Origin: Phaeosaccion multiseriatum
Taxonomy: Eukaryota; Protista; Ochrophyta, other classes
Reading direction: 5' to 3'
Length of the DNA stretch: 64,000 bases
Assembly (NCBI GenBank): GCA_965112735.1
Contig: OZ218961.1
Location: 496,001-560,000, forward strand
Shown here in pieces: positions 47,880 through 60,496 of the stretch (position 1 is the first letter of the stretch; every line of letters starts with the position of its first letter). Both the position numbers and the translations under genes were made by a program. The notes under the pieces were generated by a model. The model made no database searches. It had not been told where the DNA came from and saw only the letters and a list, made by a program, of their open reading frames with translations.

Positions 47880-50800
47880 CTACGTGGCTGCACGTCGCTC
47901 AGGACCCTCAGCGATGGCAGTGAGGGCCGAAACCAACTCCGCGTGTGTGTAATACTTCAAGTCCTTCTCCTTCTGTACTTCTGCTGCTGTATCACCAACA
48001 GCTGCAGCAGCGGCCCTTGTCCCCCACGCGAGGCCATCCATCAAGACCCTCAGCTCCTCGGTGGAGAGGCTGGGGATAGAACCCGCGGCGTATAGGTGAT
48101 TGAGCTCAGCCATTCTCTCCTTGTGCTCCTTCTTCCTCCTGCTCTGCAAGCCCCGACACCTCTTTCCGTCCTTGAAGGAGGCAATGAACGTGTCCAAAGG
48201 GGCCACTTCCCATGCACCGGTATACCGCACCGCTGTCCGCACATCTCCATCACAGATGATGGCAAAGGTCACACCCCCTCCTCCTCCTCCTCCTCCTCCT
48301 CCTCCTCCTCCTCTCTGCCTCTGCTGCTGCTGCTGCTGCTCGTCCCCGTGTGGGATCTTTTCGAGGCTTGCGGACAGAGTGTCAAAGGTACTTCTGCGCC
48401 ACCCCCCTCGCCGCCCGCTCACCTGTGAATGCATTACACCAAGGAGGAGGAGGAGGAGGAGGAGGAGAACGAGGATGAGAAGGAAGGGGAGACGAAGAGG
48501 AGGAGGAGGAGGAGGGGAAGGAGGAGGAGGAGGAGGAGGAGGAGGAGGAGGAGGAGGAGGAGGAGGAGGAGGAGGAGGAGGAGGGGGAGACGAAGAGGAG
48601 AAAGAAGAAGGAGGAGGAGGGAGGAGGAGGAGGAGGGTGGTGGTCGAAAAGCAAAAGAAAACGGGCAATCTACCCACCCCTCCTCACCTCCGCCATGGGC
48701 ATCTTGTCTTGAAATCGATAAGCCGCCGACGCCAGGATCGGCCGAAGCCGCTCCATCTCCGAGCTGTAGGCAAAGCTCGGTGGGAAGAACACCCCGCACA
48801 CACCCCACTTGGCTTTCTGTCGGTTACCACCACCACCACCACCACCACCACAGGGACCAGCCGGTGCGGATAGGTAAGTGTGCAAGTCGTCTCGATTGCT
48901 CACCACCGTCACGAGGTCCAGGGGAAGTTGCTGAGTGGTAAAGTCTCGGAGGGAAGATACATCACCTCTGCCGGTGAGAGAGCCAGAGAAGAGCGTTTGA
49001 GAATTGCCCACCACCTTCCGTGTGTCCGTGGTGCAATGTGCGGTGAGCAATGGGGGTTATTAGTGAGAGAGGTGAACGTTGATTGACACGTGGAAGGTAC
49101 GTGAGGACGGAGACGGACCGACCGAGGGTGGGGACGGAGAGCAGGGTGAGGGGGGGTGAGGACCAAGCGACTACTATTACTGCTAGGTGTTGTAACTGTT
49201 GAAGCAGTTCCGTCCTTCCACTGACGTGCATACAGAGGAGGGCGGATGGCAGCGTATGGCAGTGGAGCAGGGCAAGTAGGGAGCAGAGAATGGTATGTTT
49301 CCGAGCGGAGGTGGGGGGAAAGGAGGTAAGAGTGCCCGCTCCGCTCCTCTTGGGGCTGGGGGCCAAACCCATGACGTAATCTTACGTACCATGATGATGG
49401 ATGGGTAGTGCTTGACGCCCACGGCTGCGCACAGCTTACCCTCCTCCGCGCAGTTCACAGAGCCCACCACCACGCTCTCTCTGAACTCCTCCGCCACGGT
49501 CTCCATCGGTTTGACCCACGCTTTGCAATCCGGACACCCGGGTACCCAGAACTCGACCAACCACAGGTGCTTGCTCGGCTTGCCTCCTCCTCCCATCACT
49601 TGGGGGAACTCTTTGCGGGTCAAGTTTCTCCTCAACGCACCGCCAGGCTTCTCTACGAACAGTTCCTCCTCCCCGTCCTCCTGGTCCCCACTGCCATAGC
49701 CGCTGAATTGCCCCCAGGCGAAGTAGAAGCCTGCGGAGACAAAGTCCCTCCACCAATTGAAGAGGTACGCCACGTGTGCTCGGATCTCATCCCCCTTGCT
49801 AAAGCGGTGAATCTGGTCCGCCTTCTTCACCTTTCGGAGGCGAAGCAAGACAAAACAAAGGAGGGAAGGTAAAGTATTGAGACCCTTATGAGCGGGGTAA
49901 GACAAACGGTGATAAAAGGTGGAGGGGCGTTGCAATGGTGCTCAGCTCACAGGAGACAAGAGAAGGAGATCGATACATGCGGATCGATTAAACTGTCTAT
50001 TGAAGTGAAGCTGAAACGGACCTTTCTAAAGCCGTCGTCCATGAGCGTTTCATAGGCGTGCACCACATCGTGGAATTGGCTCTCCGCGGCGGCTCTGTCC
50101 AGCCTGTGAGTGGGTGTGGGTTCGTGTGCGTGCGTGCGTGGGTAGATGGGAGGAGGAAAGACAGATGAAGTCGCTTTAGGTTGGGCGGCGGGCACGACGG
50201 GAGTCTGAAAGCAGCACAGATGATGATATACAGGCATAGACCATCGTTAGGAAAGAGGAGAGGTAGGGTGGGGTTGAAGTGGACCTTCTGTGGGTGCGGT
50301 GGGGATGAATTGGGGCGTCTGTGGAGGGAAGGGCACCCGCCCAACTCTCTGCGCTCTTCGTCTGTCGTACTATAAATAGCTCTTGGGTGGTGGATTCAGT
50401 CAAGTGTTGTCGCTTCCACCTTTTAATCTTACCTTTCGGGCTTTCTGTCCTGTTTGTCTGGATGAAGCTCCAGAGCCCTGGCATGGAAGGCCTGGGGAGG
50501 CAGGGGAGGGGGAGGTAGGTACAAGGGAGTGTGTGTGAGTGATGTGCGCGTCAGAGAATGGGAGGAAGAGGAGGGACAGACAGACGTGGAGGGAGAGAGG
50601 GAGAGGGGTAGAAGAGGAAGAGAGGGAGCCAGTAGAAAGAGAGAGGGAGAGAGACAGAAGAGGGAGAGAGACAGAAGTGGGAGAGGGACAGAAGAGAAAG
50701 AGAAGATAGAAGGCGGGGAAGAGAAAGAGAGAGCGAGAGGGAGAAGAGAGAGAGGTGGGTCGCACTTTTTCCGCCCCACTCCGATGCAGCGCGGGATGGG

Positions 50801-51083
50801 CGATCATAGCTAAGAAGTGCGGCAGAACTGCGTCTCCCAAAGCGGACTGTCACGGGCTTAGTAAGCGTTGGAGTCCATCACCGCCACTGCGCCCCTATCC
50901 ACAGCACCCCAAGAACACCTTTACTTCGCTTTACCCATCTCTACCCACCTTCTTGAGCTCCTTGACTGTATGGTCGGGTTTGATGCCGAGAGTCTTCAGC
51001 AGCTGGGGCTTCTCCGTTCTCTTCTCGCCACTGGCGCCTCGCAGAAGCAGGACGAGAGCGATCAGCCGCAGCAAGGAGGACAT
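47880..51083 (-). CDS. Secretory-pathway DnaJ + thioredoxin-domain protein (ERdj5/DNAJC10/DNAJC16-like), multi-exon
   Basis: Signal peptide MSSLLRLIALVLLLRGASG; J-domain ELKK|AFHARALELHPDK and FHDVVHAYETLMD; thioredoxin WLVEFWVPGCPDCK..VGSVNC..LCAAVGVKHYPSI. Confidence 0.8.
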
Positions 51084-51382
51084 AGTGGAGCCGAGCCTGA
51101 ATATAAAGGTTTGAAAAACTCGTGGGTCCGGGGAGCAAGAGAATGCTATGCCATTGGGCCTTCCTCTTCCGGATGCTTCTGACTAGCAACAAAGTCGCGG
51201 TGTGCAGCCTCTACCTTCCTTTTCCTTTCCTCTCCTTTCTTCGTCTTGCGTCTCCTCTCTCTCCGCCCGGTTTGAGTTTGCACCCCGATTTTTGGCCGTT
51301 GGTGATATAACCACGAAGCGCAGAGGGGGAGAATGAGCTGAGTGCAGTAGCAGAAGGGGAAAACTGGGAGATACGCGCAGGC

Positions 51383-54300
51383 ATGGAGGCAAGCGTGGAG
51401 GCAAGCGTGGAGGCGTGGGTAGCGTCCTTCCCCGGCTTTGAGGGCGCGACCCTCCGAGGCTTGGCCGACGATGCTGAAGGGAAGGGCATGCTCGAGCTCA
51501 TGGGGCACTTGGTACCGTCCTCCAGGCCATCCGACGAAGAGGATGAAGAAGGAGAAGAGTACCAACAGAAGATGCAGGACGAGGAGCAGGGTGGAGGAGG
51601 CTGGGGCTGGACGAGAGTGAATGCTCTGCTTATGAGTGTGGGTGCTCCGACCATCAAGACGAGCGGGGAGACGGAGACTGGCATTACGACCGTTGCAGTG
51701 TGCAGCTGTCTCGAAGCACTACTGGGCTATGCCGTAAGCGAGGCATGTGAGACGAGGGCAGAGCTCATTGGACGGATCATGGAACTGGAGGAGAAGGCGC
51801 AGGACCACATCCGCCAGATCATCGAGGAGCAGATGAGAAGAGGCAGCTCTGCTACCACCGGTAGCGGTCAGGAGGCAGGGAGTGATGACGCAGACCCCGC
51901 AGCAGACGACGCCGAGCAGGAGATAAATGACGAGAACCTGCCGGCGGCAGCCCCCTTGCCACCAAACTATTCCACCCCCGCAAAGCCAACCCCCAAGCGA
52001 AAGAGGCGTCGCAGCAACGCCGAGTTTTTCACCCCTCTCAAAGACAAAGGCGTGCTCCAAGGTGAGTACGGGGTAGAAAGAAAGATAGAGAGAGAGTAGT
52101 GGAGGAAGAGAGGGGGTGCGCTTCTCACTGCCCCGCTGCAACCTCTGCCACCAGCCCTCGCTGTCTCCCTCTCTCTCTCTCGCCTTACGGAGAGCCTGCG
52201 TCCCTTTCCCCCTCTTTGCTTGTCAACTTTGCTGACGCCAAGTCGCGCCTTTCTCCTCCTCCTCCTCCTCCTCCTCCTCCTCCTCCTCCTCCTCCTCCTC
52301 CTCCTCCTCCTCCTCCTCCTCCTCCTCCTCCTCCTCCTCCTCCTCCTCCTCCTCCTCCTCCTCCTCCTCCTCCTCCTCCTCCTCCTCCTCCTCCTCCTCC
52401 TCCTCCCCCTCCCCCTCCTCCTCCCCCTCCTCCTCCCTCCCACCCCCTTTGCACATCATGCCTGCGTGCCCCTCACAACAGGGGGCAATGCTCTGCAATC
52501 CCCCCTCAGTCGGACTGCCAACGTCAGCACCAACGACGTCGCCAGTAGCAGTGGCCAATCCTCAGAGGCCCATACCCTGTCCCAAGCAAGATACACCGCC
52601 CTGGAGACCAAGTACCTGGTGTCACAGGACCGTTTCGCCCGCCTCGAGGCCGATCTGCAGCAGACCAAGAGCGACCACGAGCAGGTTAGGCACGAAGTGT
52701 GAAGTGAAGGGAACGGATAGGAGGTGCACACGTGCCCTCTCTATCCCTCCCTCTCCCTCTTTCTCGATCTCTTTGTCTCGCTCTGTCTCTCGGTCTCTCT
52801 GTTACATCTCTCTCCTTCTGTCTCTCTCTCTCTGCTCTGTCGCTCTGCCCCTCTCTCCTGTGTTTGTGTGTGTTCCTCTCGCTCCTTCCTTCTCTCTCTG
52901 ACACTATGTCCCTCTTCTCTATCCATACCCGACACACACACACACACAGACGCTCTTGCGAATGGAAGTGGAGCGCATCGAAGCCGAGGGCGCTCTGAGA
53001 GCCACGTACGAAAAGCAAGCCGAGGAAGTAAGCAGCCGTGGGCCTCCAGCGCTAATCCCAGCCCTTAACTTCGACAGAAGCCACCGCAGACGCATTGACT
53101 TTCACCCCTCAACCCTCTCTCCTCCCTATCCACTGCCATCCCTGTACTTGTTTATGAAGACGCGACAGAAGCTGCTGCAGGCGCACAGCCGGCTGGAGCA
53201 GCTTGCCCCCCTGGAGGAGGAGGTGGAGGGACTCCGCGACGAGGTGGACGTGTTGGGACACAAACAGAAGCACGTGCTCAAGACAGAGGAGGCGTTGCAG
53301 AGGGTAAGTGCGGTCGGGCTGGACTTGACGGGTTGGTTGGTTGGTTGGTTGGTTGGTGGGTAGGTGGGTGAGGGTGGGATGTGGGAGGGACGGGGGAGAG
53401 GCGGTGGTTATGGCGATGTGTGATGGGGTTGGTTGGGAGGATGTGTAAGAGATGTTCGTTGTATTGTAGTGTGTTTTGTTTAGTTGGTGGGTTGGTTGGG
53501 GGATCAAGGGCTGGATGGGTGAGGGGCAGTGGTTGTGGTGTGCTTGGGTTGCATATATATAACATGTGTTGTTATATATGCTTGTGTTGTTTGGGAAAGG
53601 GGGGGGAGGGGTGGTGGCTGTACAGAGACAAGGGCGCTGTAGAGAGAAGGTGCGGTTCCCTCCCCCCCTCAATCGGTTCGTTTGGAGTACTTACCTTATA
53701 CCATCGTGTTCGTCTTCCAATGTAGGCCCGAGCCCGTCTAGAGGAGCTGTCGGATCTACAGACTCAGTTCAAGAGCCAGGAGGAGGCCCACGCCTCTCTG
53801 CTGGACAGGAACTTTGAGCTTGAGAAGGAGGTGGCCACCATACCCACCCTCAAGAAGCAGCTGGAGGGCTACAAGCGCACCAAGGTAGGGCAGGGAGGGG
53901 GGGGGGAGGCAGGTCGGTGGGTTGGTAAACAGGTAGATGGGTAGGTGCGGCAAGAGTAGCACACTCACCCATATGCCTCCACCCACCGTGTACCTCTCTG
54001 TACGCCTCCACTAGACGGACCTGGAGGTGCAGATGCGCGACGTTCGAGCCGAACTGCTCCAGGCACGCTCCAAGGCCGAGACTCTCGGAGCGGAAACCAG
54101 AGAGCTTTCTCGAGGGGGAGAGGCCGCCCGAGGGGAATGTCTTCGTCTGCAGGCAGGTGGAGGTGTCGGCGTGGGTCAGAGGGAGGTTATGGATCGATTG
54201 AGAGAGAGAGCGAAAGATTTCAGCTGACCTTCCAATTGTCACTCCCTCGTTCGTCCCCGTCTCAACTTGCCCCGCCCCCCCTCTCCATCCACTGCCATCG

Positions 54301-57300
54301 TCCCCTACCTCTCTCCCCCTCCCCTCTCTCTCCTCTCTACTCTCTCTCTCGTTCTCTCTCTTTCCTCAGGCGCAGCAGCAATCGCTTGCCTCGGTCCTGC
54401 AGCAGCAGGAGAGTGACCAACTCGGCGGTATCGGGGCCGGTGTGACTGAGATGAACCCTGCCGTGGCAGAGCAGCTGGGCAGGCTCAAGCACGACAATGA
54501 CACGCTGAGAGCTGCCCTCAACCTCAACACTGTCGACCAGGTGAGTCCAGGGGGAGCAGGAGGGAGGATGGGAGGAGGGAAGGGGAGGGGGGAGGAGAAT
54601 AGAGGAGAGCGGAGGGACCTACCGCAGGTACTTCCATCATCTTCTTTCCGTACCTTTACGTAAGTCTTACTTATCTATCCCAACCCACACGCACACACAC
54701 AGGTGACCAAAATGGGCGAAGACATCGACGACGCCAACCGTCTCGCAGACACGTACCAAACAAGCCTGCAGGAGACTCGCGCTACCCTCAAGGGTAGGGA
54801 GGAGGAGCTGAGTCGGGCCAAGAAGACCATTGCCTCCTTAGAGGGAGAGCTGGCTGAGTGGAGGGCGAGGTATGAGAGTACTGTGGAGGAGTGGACCGCT
54901 AAGCATCAAGAGGCGATGGAGGACGCGGCGGCGAGGCTGGAAGCCGAGGTGGCGGCGAGGGAGAAGCAGTTTAAGGATGAAGTGGAGAGGTGGACCCTGA
55001 AGCTGGCGGATGAAGTAGAGGCCAGAGAGAAGCAGCTCCAGGACGAGGTGCGTGGGATGGAGGAGGGTGGGAGGAAGGAAGAGGGGCGAGGGGAAGTGAG
55101 AGAGGTTGGGTCTGATTGGGTCTAAGCTGCCGACGGCGGTGCCTGCCTATGTACACTCACACACACACACACACACATGCACGCACGCACACACGTACAG
55201 GTCAGCAGATGGGCCACGAAATACTCGGACGAGGTGTCCCGGAGACAGAGACAGCTCGACGACGAAGTGGAGCGATGGGAGAGGAAGTACAACGACGAGG
55301 GGGAGAGGCAGAGCAAGCTGCACGACGACGAGGTGAAGCGGTGGACCAACAAGTTTAGCAGCGAAGTGGAGCGCTGGGAAGCCAAGCTGCTGACCGAGGA
55401 GCAGGCTCACAGCAAAGACAATCAAGAGGGCGAGGAGAGGCTGTTACGGGCGGGTGTGGAATGGAGTGCCAAGTGGGAGAGGAGTGAGGCGGAGTGGAGT
55501 GCAAAGTACGCGCTGGCGACGACTGAACTTCACAACCTGCAGAAGCTGTTGGAGAAGACAGTTGCGGACTTGGAGGAGGCACACTCCACCAAGGTTTCCG
55601 AGCTGGAACAGGCTCATACTGTCAAGGTGGAGGAGATGGAGGAGGCGCTGCTTCGTACAACGGAGGAGTGGGGCACCAAGTACGATGTTAAGGTCCAGGC
55701 CTTAGAGGAGGAGAGAGTCCGTGCCGTGGCGGCCTTGGAGGAGGAGAGAGACAGCGCTGTAGCGGCTTTGGAGGAGCGGCTGAGCGAGGCTGTGGCACAG
55801 TGGGATACCAAATACCGCACCAAGGTGGGGCAGATGGAGGAGGAAGCGGAGAAGCTTCGAAGTGACTTACGGGAGGAGCAGGAGGAGCGTGAGCGCGTGA
55901 GTGGGGCGTACAAAGAGGGGGAGGTGCGGCTTCGAGAGACGGGGCAACTGCTCCAAGAAGAGAGGGAAGCGTCGAAGAGGATTGGTCTGGAGGGGCAAGG
56001 GGCTTTGGCGAGGGAGAGGGAGGAGCATGAAGCCGCTGTCAAGGCGGTGAGGGAGAGCGCGGATGAGGCGCTGAAGGAGGCGAGGGAAAGGGCAGATGAA
56101 GCGATGAAGGGGAAAGTGGCCGAGCTGGAGCGGAGTTTGGTGGAGGCGGAGGCGGCGAGGGAGGACAAGAGAACGACGATTGCGACCATCATGGCACAGG
56201 GAGAGGCCGTGGTGCAGGCAGTGAATCGCGAGGCAGATGAGAGAATCCAAGCAGTGAGGACAGAGAGCACAGCACAGCTTGAGAAGGAGAGAGAGGAGGC
56301 TCAGGTGAAGCTTCACGAGGAGAGAGAGGAGGGCCTCGCTATGTTGGAGAGGGAGAGGGCCGAAGGGGCACAGCGGCTGAGGCAGGAGCAAGGGCGAGCG
56401 GAGGCACTCCTCCGGGAGAAGGAAGAGGAGCACCTGCAAGCAAGAACCGACGCGGAAACCCGACTCAATGAGATGCGTACCATGGGGGAGGGAGTGATTG
56501 AGCGCCTCAAGAAGAAGGCGTCGGAGTACCAACAGACGCATTCTGTGACAAATGACAAGTACGAGAGCGATGTGGAGCGCCTGCAGCATAGCCTGACGGT
56601 GGAAAGGGCGAAGGTCTCCAAGCTGGAGGAGGAGGGAGAGGACCTGAGGGCCAGCGAGAAGAAGATGCGGAAGGAGAAGGTGCGATCCAGGCCACTTCAA
56701 AGAGGGAGGGAGGGTGATGGATGGATGGGCGATGGTAGTGGAGGTGATGGTGGTCTGGTGTTGCTGCAGTGCCGCTACTGCCAGTCGGCTCGGCTTGACT
56801 GACTCGGCTTGTTGGATGTGTCGGTAATGGTGGATGTATGCCTGGGCGTGCGTGTCGATCGCAGAATGTCTCTTGTCGGTGTGTGTACGTGCGCTTCTCA
56901 CTTGCCGATTTCTCTTTCTCAAAACCGATATGCCCATGTGCCTCCACTTTTTGTGTTGTGTGTACTGTTCTTTCCTGTTTTCACCCCGTCTCTTCTTGCC
57001 CTCCTTGGGGTCCCCCTTTGCCCGTCCGCGCCCCAACTCACTCCTTATTACACACACGCACAGGGTATGATGTGGGAGGAGAACGACCACCTTCGGCGCC
57101 AGTTGGGAGTACGCACGGGAGGGGGCGGCGCGAGCGACGCTCAGCTGGCGACGATCCACAAAGAGCTCAAATCCATGGCCAAGGAGCTGAAGAGGAGCAA
57201 GGATAAACTCAAACTGGCCGAGCAGATGGCAGCAGAAGGGGGGGAGGAGGGGAGAGGGGAGTTGGCGTCGCTGCCAGTTGGAGGTGGGGGGGGTGCAGTC

Positions 57301-58774
57301 AGAGTACCAACACGCAGAGGAGGGGGAGGGGCCGAGTACGGGGACATGGTGCGCGAATACGAAGCGCAAATTGAGAGCGCGCAGACTGAGAAGCAGGTGA
57401 GGGAGTGAGGTGGAGGGGGAGGGGATGGGTCGGAGTTTGGATGTGATTGTCCCTCTTCTTGTTGTGAGTAGGCATACCTCCTGGTGAGGAGGAGAGTAGG
57501 TCAGAGGGGAGAGAGAGAGAGAGCGCGTGTGTGTGTGTGCGTTCACTCTCCATCATGAACAAACAAACGAACAACACCCACCCCCAAAATACAAACGAAA
57601 CCATCTCTCTCTCTCTCTCCCTGTCTCCCTGTCTCTCTCTCACACAGGACTTCCTGATGAAATACACGGCAGAGGCGTGTGAGAAGAACAAGTTGCAACA
57701 GCGGCTCTCCGAGCTCCTTCAGGAGAACAGAGAGGCCAACCAACGAGTGCAGTCCTTCCAGCTCCAGCTGCTGCGCTACCAGCGACAGGAGGAGGACGGC
57801 AGTGGCTCCCACGGCAGCACCAGCGGCAACTACAGCAGCACTGCAAACTACATTGAGGCGACCACCCAGACCGATCTAGGAGCTCCAGGTCCGAGCAGCA
57901 AGAACAAGAAGGCTGCTGCTGCTGCTGCTACGGCAAAGAGAGCGTGTTCGTCTTCATGCTTGGCGACAGACTTGTGCACTGCCTGGCCTTGTGGATCACC
58001 AACATGCCCTGGGAATAAGGAGAACAACGGCGGCAACAACCAAGAGAACGCCAGCAAGAACGCTGCTGCCCTTGCTGCCTCTCCGGGTGTCGGGGCAGGG
58101 CGTAAGAGCAAGGGGCCGAGCTCAGCGCTGAGAACCATGAGGTACGAGCGAGGGAGATGTATATTATATATATATATATATATATATGGAGGGGGGGAGA
58201 GAGAGAATGGGAGGGAGAGACAACAGAGAGGGACGGAGACACAAAGAGAGAGAGAGCCAAGAAGCTAGCGTTCTTCGAGGAGGGTCGTGAAAAGCATGTA
58301 CGAGGGGTTTGTTTAGTGGCGTTTTCCTTTGTTGGAGCGTGGGTGTGGACAGGCATGTGGTGAAGAGGTGCATGCACGGGACGGAGAGCTGCGGCCACTC
58401 CCTTGCTTCCTCCAATGCCTCCTCGTGCTTCCTTCCTCTCTTACTCTCCATCTCCTCCCTTCCTCTGTGGCGCCCTCTCTACCCTCCTCCCCACTCTCCC
58501 TTCCCACTCCTCCCCCATACATCTGGCCCTCATCCTCCTCCTTCTTCTCGCCCCCCTTCTCGTCCTCCTCCTAAGGCGCCAACAACGAGAATCAAACGAG
58601 AACTACTCCTCAGAGGGGGAGGAAGACGCCCCCGCCAAGCAGTCGAGAAGATTGGGCATCGCAGGTGACCCCAAGAGCAAGAAGCAGCCTGCCCACCTAT
58701 CTGCGCCTGCCCCCCCTGGGCGAGAGAGCAGTGCCGTGACTGATGGAGACGCCCCGGAGTGTAATCAGATGTAA
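51383..58774 (+). CDS. HOOK-family coiled-coil protein, multi-exon
   Basis: N-terminal HOOK/CH-like segment (LLGYAVSEACETRAELIGRIMELEEKAQDHIRQIIE), LRDEVDVL, ELEKEVATIPTLKKQLEGYK, EMNPAVAEQLGRLKHDN; long coiled coil; ends PECNQM*. Confidence 0.75.
52254..52440. repeat. Intronic (CCT)n tract
   Basis: Directly visible. Confidence 0.95.
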
Positions 58775-59529
58775 AGCTGGTTTGTGTCAGTTTCAGTGTC
58801 AGTTCCTGTGTGTGTATTTGTGTATTTAGGAAGAAGTTTTAAAGAAGAAACATTGGACGGAGCGTGAGCTACAATAGCCCTGTGCTTTTGTGTTTTGTGT
58901 AAGAGAGTCATTGGCGTCAGGTGATGGGTAAGCCTTTCGCGGGAGAGAGAGAGAGGGAGAGACAGCGACGCACAGCCGTGCTACTGTCGACTGCAGACTA
59001 CCGTAAAGCGAACTCCTGCATGTGGGGGTGTGCTTCTTGTTTCATCGCCTGTGGGCGTGAGAGCAGTCATCAGTGGTCGGTGGTCTGTCGCGCAGTCCCT
59101 CTATAAAAAAAAAAAGCTGTTTACGCCCAAACTCTCCCCTTTTTTGAGTATCTGTCATCTAGACACTCACCCTCTTTGGGGCTTGGTATGTGGATGAGTG
59201 TGCGCTTTGGGTGTAGGGTGCCCCACGGCATCATAGCCTTACTAGCAATCCCAAAGATGCTCGAAGGTTGGCTGTGCGGGGGTGGGTGTGTCGTGGCATG
59301 GGCCCTCGGGACGAAGCTGTGTTTCCCGCCAAGATCGGCCCGAAAACAAGGACGATTTTTGATATGGAGGGGCCTCTGTGTGTGTTGTTAGGGAAGGTAC
59401 ACACTAACTTCTCATATCTACCGATCCTCCCGCACTTCTCTTGCAAGCCGACACAAACACTGACCCTCACAAACCAACCAGCAGTAGCAGCCAGCCCAAC
59501 CACAGCTCAAAACAAACAAAGCTCTTATC

Positions 59530-60496
59530 ATGTTCTCTTCATCCACCATCAAGACCACCATGATCGCCGCTCTCCTCGGCGCAGCTACCACTGGCGCGGC
59601 CGCCAAGGAGTGCGAGGGAACCTACAGAGTCTCCGTAGACAACCTCACCTTCCGCCAGCCCTTCAGCCCCGTCGTGGCGGTGGCGCACAACAAGGGATTC
59701 AAGGTCTTCGAGCCCATGGTGCCGGCGTCTGGACCTCTCCAGTCTGTCGCCGAGGACGGCGATGCCAGTGCCCTGGTGGAGCTCCTGGGATCCAACGACC
59801 TCGTGTGCGGCTACACGGTCGGGGAGGGGCCTCTCTTCCCTGGAGAGACGTGGGAGGGCATGCTTACGGTGTCCGAGGACTGCGATTGCGACACGCTGTC
59901 CTTCTCCACTGTGACCATGCTCATCAACACCAACGACGCCTTCATGGGAGTCAGCGCCATGCCCTTGGGCTATGAGGGGCTCTCCACCATGGCGCCTGCC
60001 TGGGACTCTGGAACGGAGGCGAACACTGAGATGGTGAGTGCGTCGTGAGGTGGGCAAGCAACTGGTACGCGTGTGTGGGGGCTCTCTTCTTCCGTCGTCT
60101 TATGTGCTGATGTTGCATGTGCTTTAGCGTATGAGGCAGAGGTCACGAGGCAGGGTGGCGGCCAACAGCAGCGCTCTCTCGTCTATCTTGTCAAGAAGCC
60201 CTTGTTACTGCGCTGACAAACATCCCCCCCCGCCCTTTTCGTCCTGTCATCCCTGCCCTTCTGCACCTCCTCCCCCCCTCCACCCTCCCCCCCCTCCCAC
60301 TCTCACGCGTTGGATACGCCAGTGCTCGGACATGCCCGGCCCTGCCTGCCCCTCCGATTCGGGCAACGTGTCCGGAGGGACTGGAGAGGGCTTTGTCCAC
60401 ATCTCCCGAGGCTTCCACGGAGTGGGATCCCTTGTGGAGCAGCGTTACGACTGGAGGAACCCCGTGTCCAGCATCAACGTGGAGCTGTACAAATAA
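59530..60496 (+). CDS. Secreted spondin-N domain protein, copy 1 (exons 59530-60033, 60323-60496)
   Basis: Signal peptide; NLTFRQPFSPVVAVAH, LQSVAEDGD, TMLINTNDAF, AWDSGTEANTE, GFVHISRG, YDWRNPV are spondin_N signatures. Confidence 0.85.

Noticed and set aside
55867-57546. 559-aa minus-strand ORF
   Set aside because: Antisense shadow of the HOOK coiled-coil exon in GC-rich DNA; no domain features.
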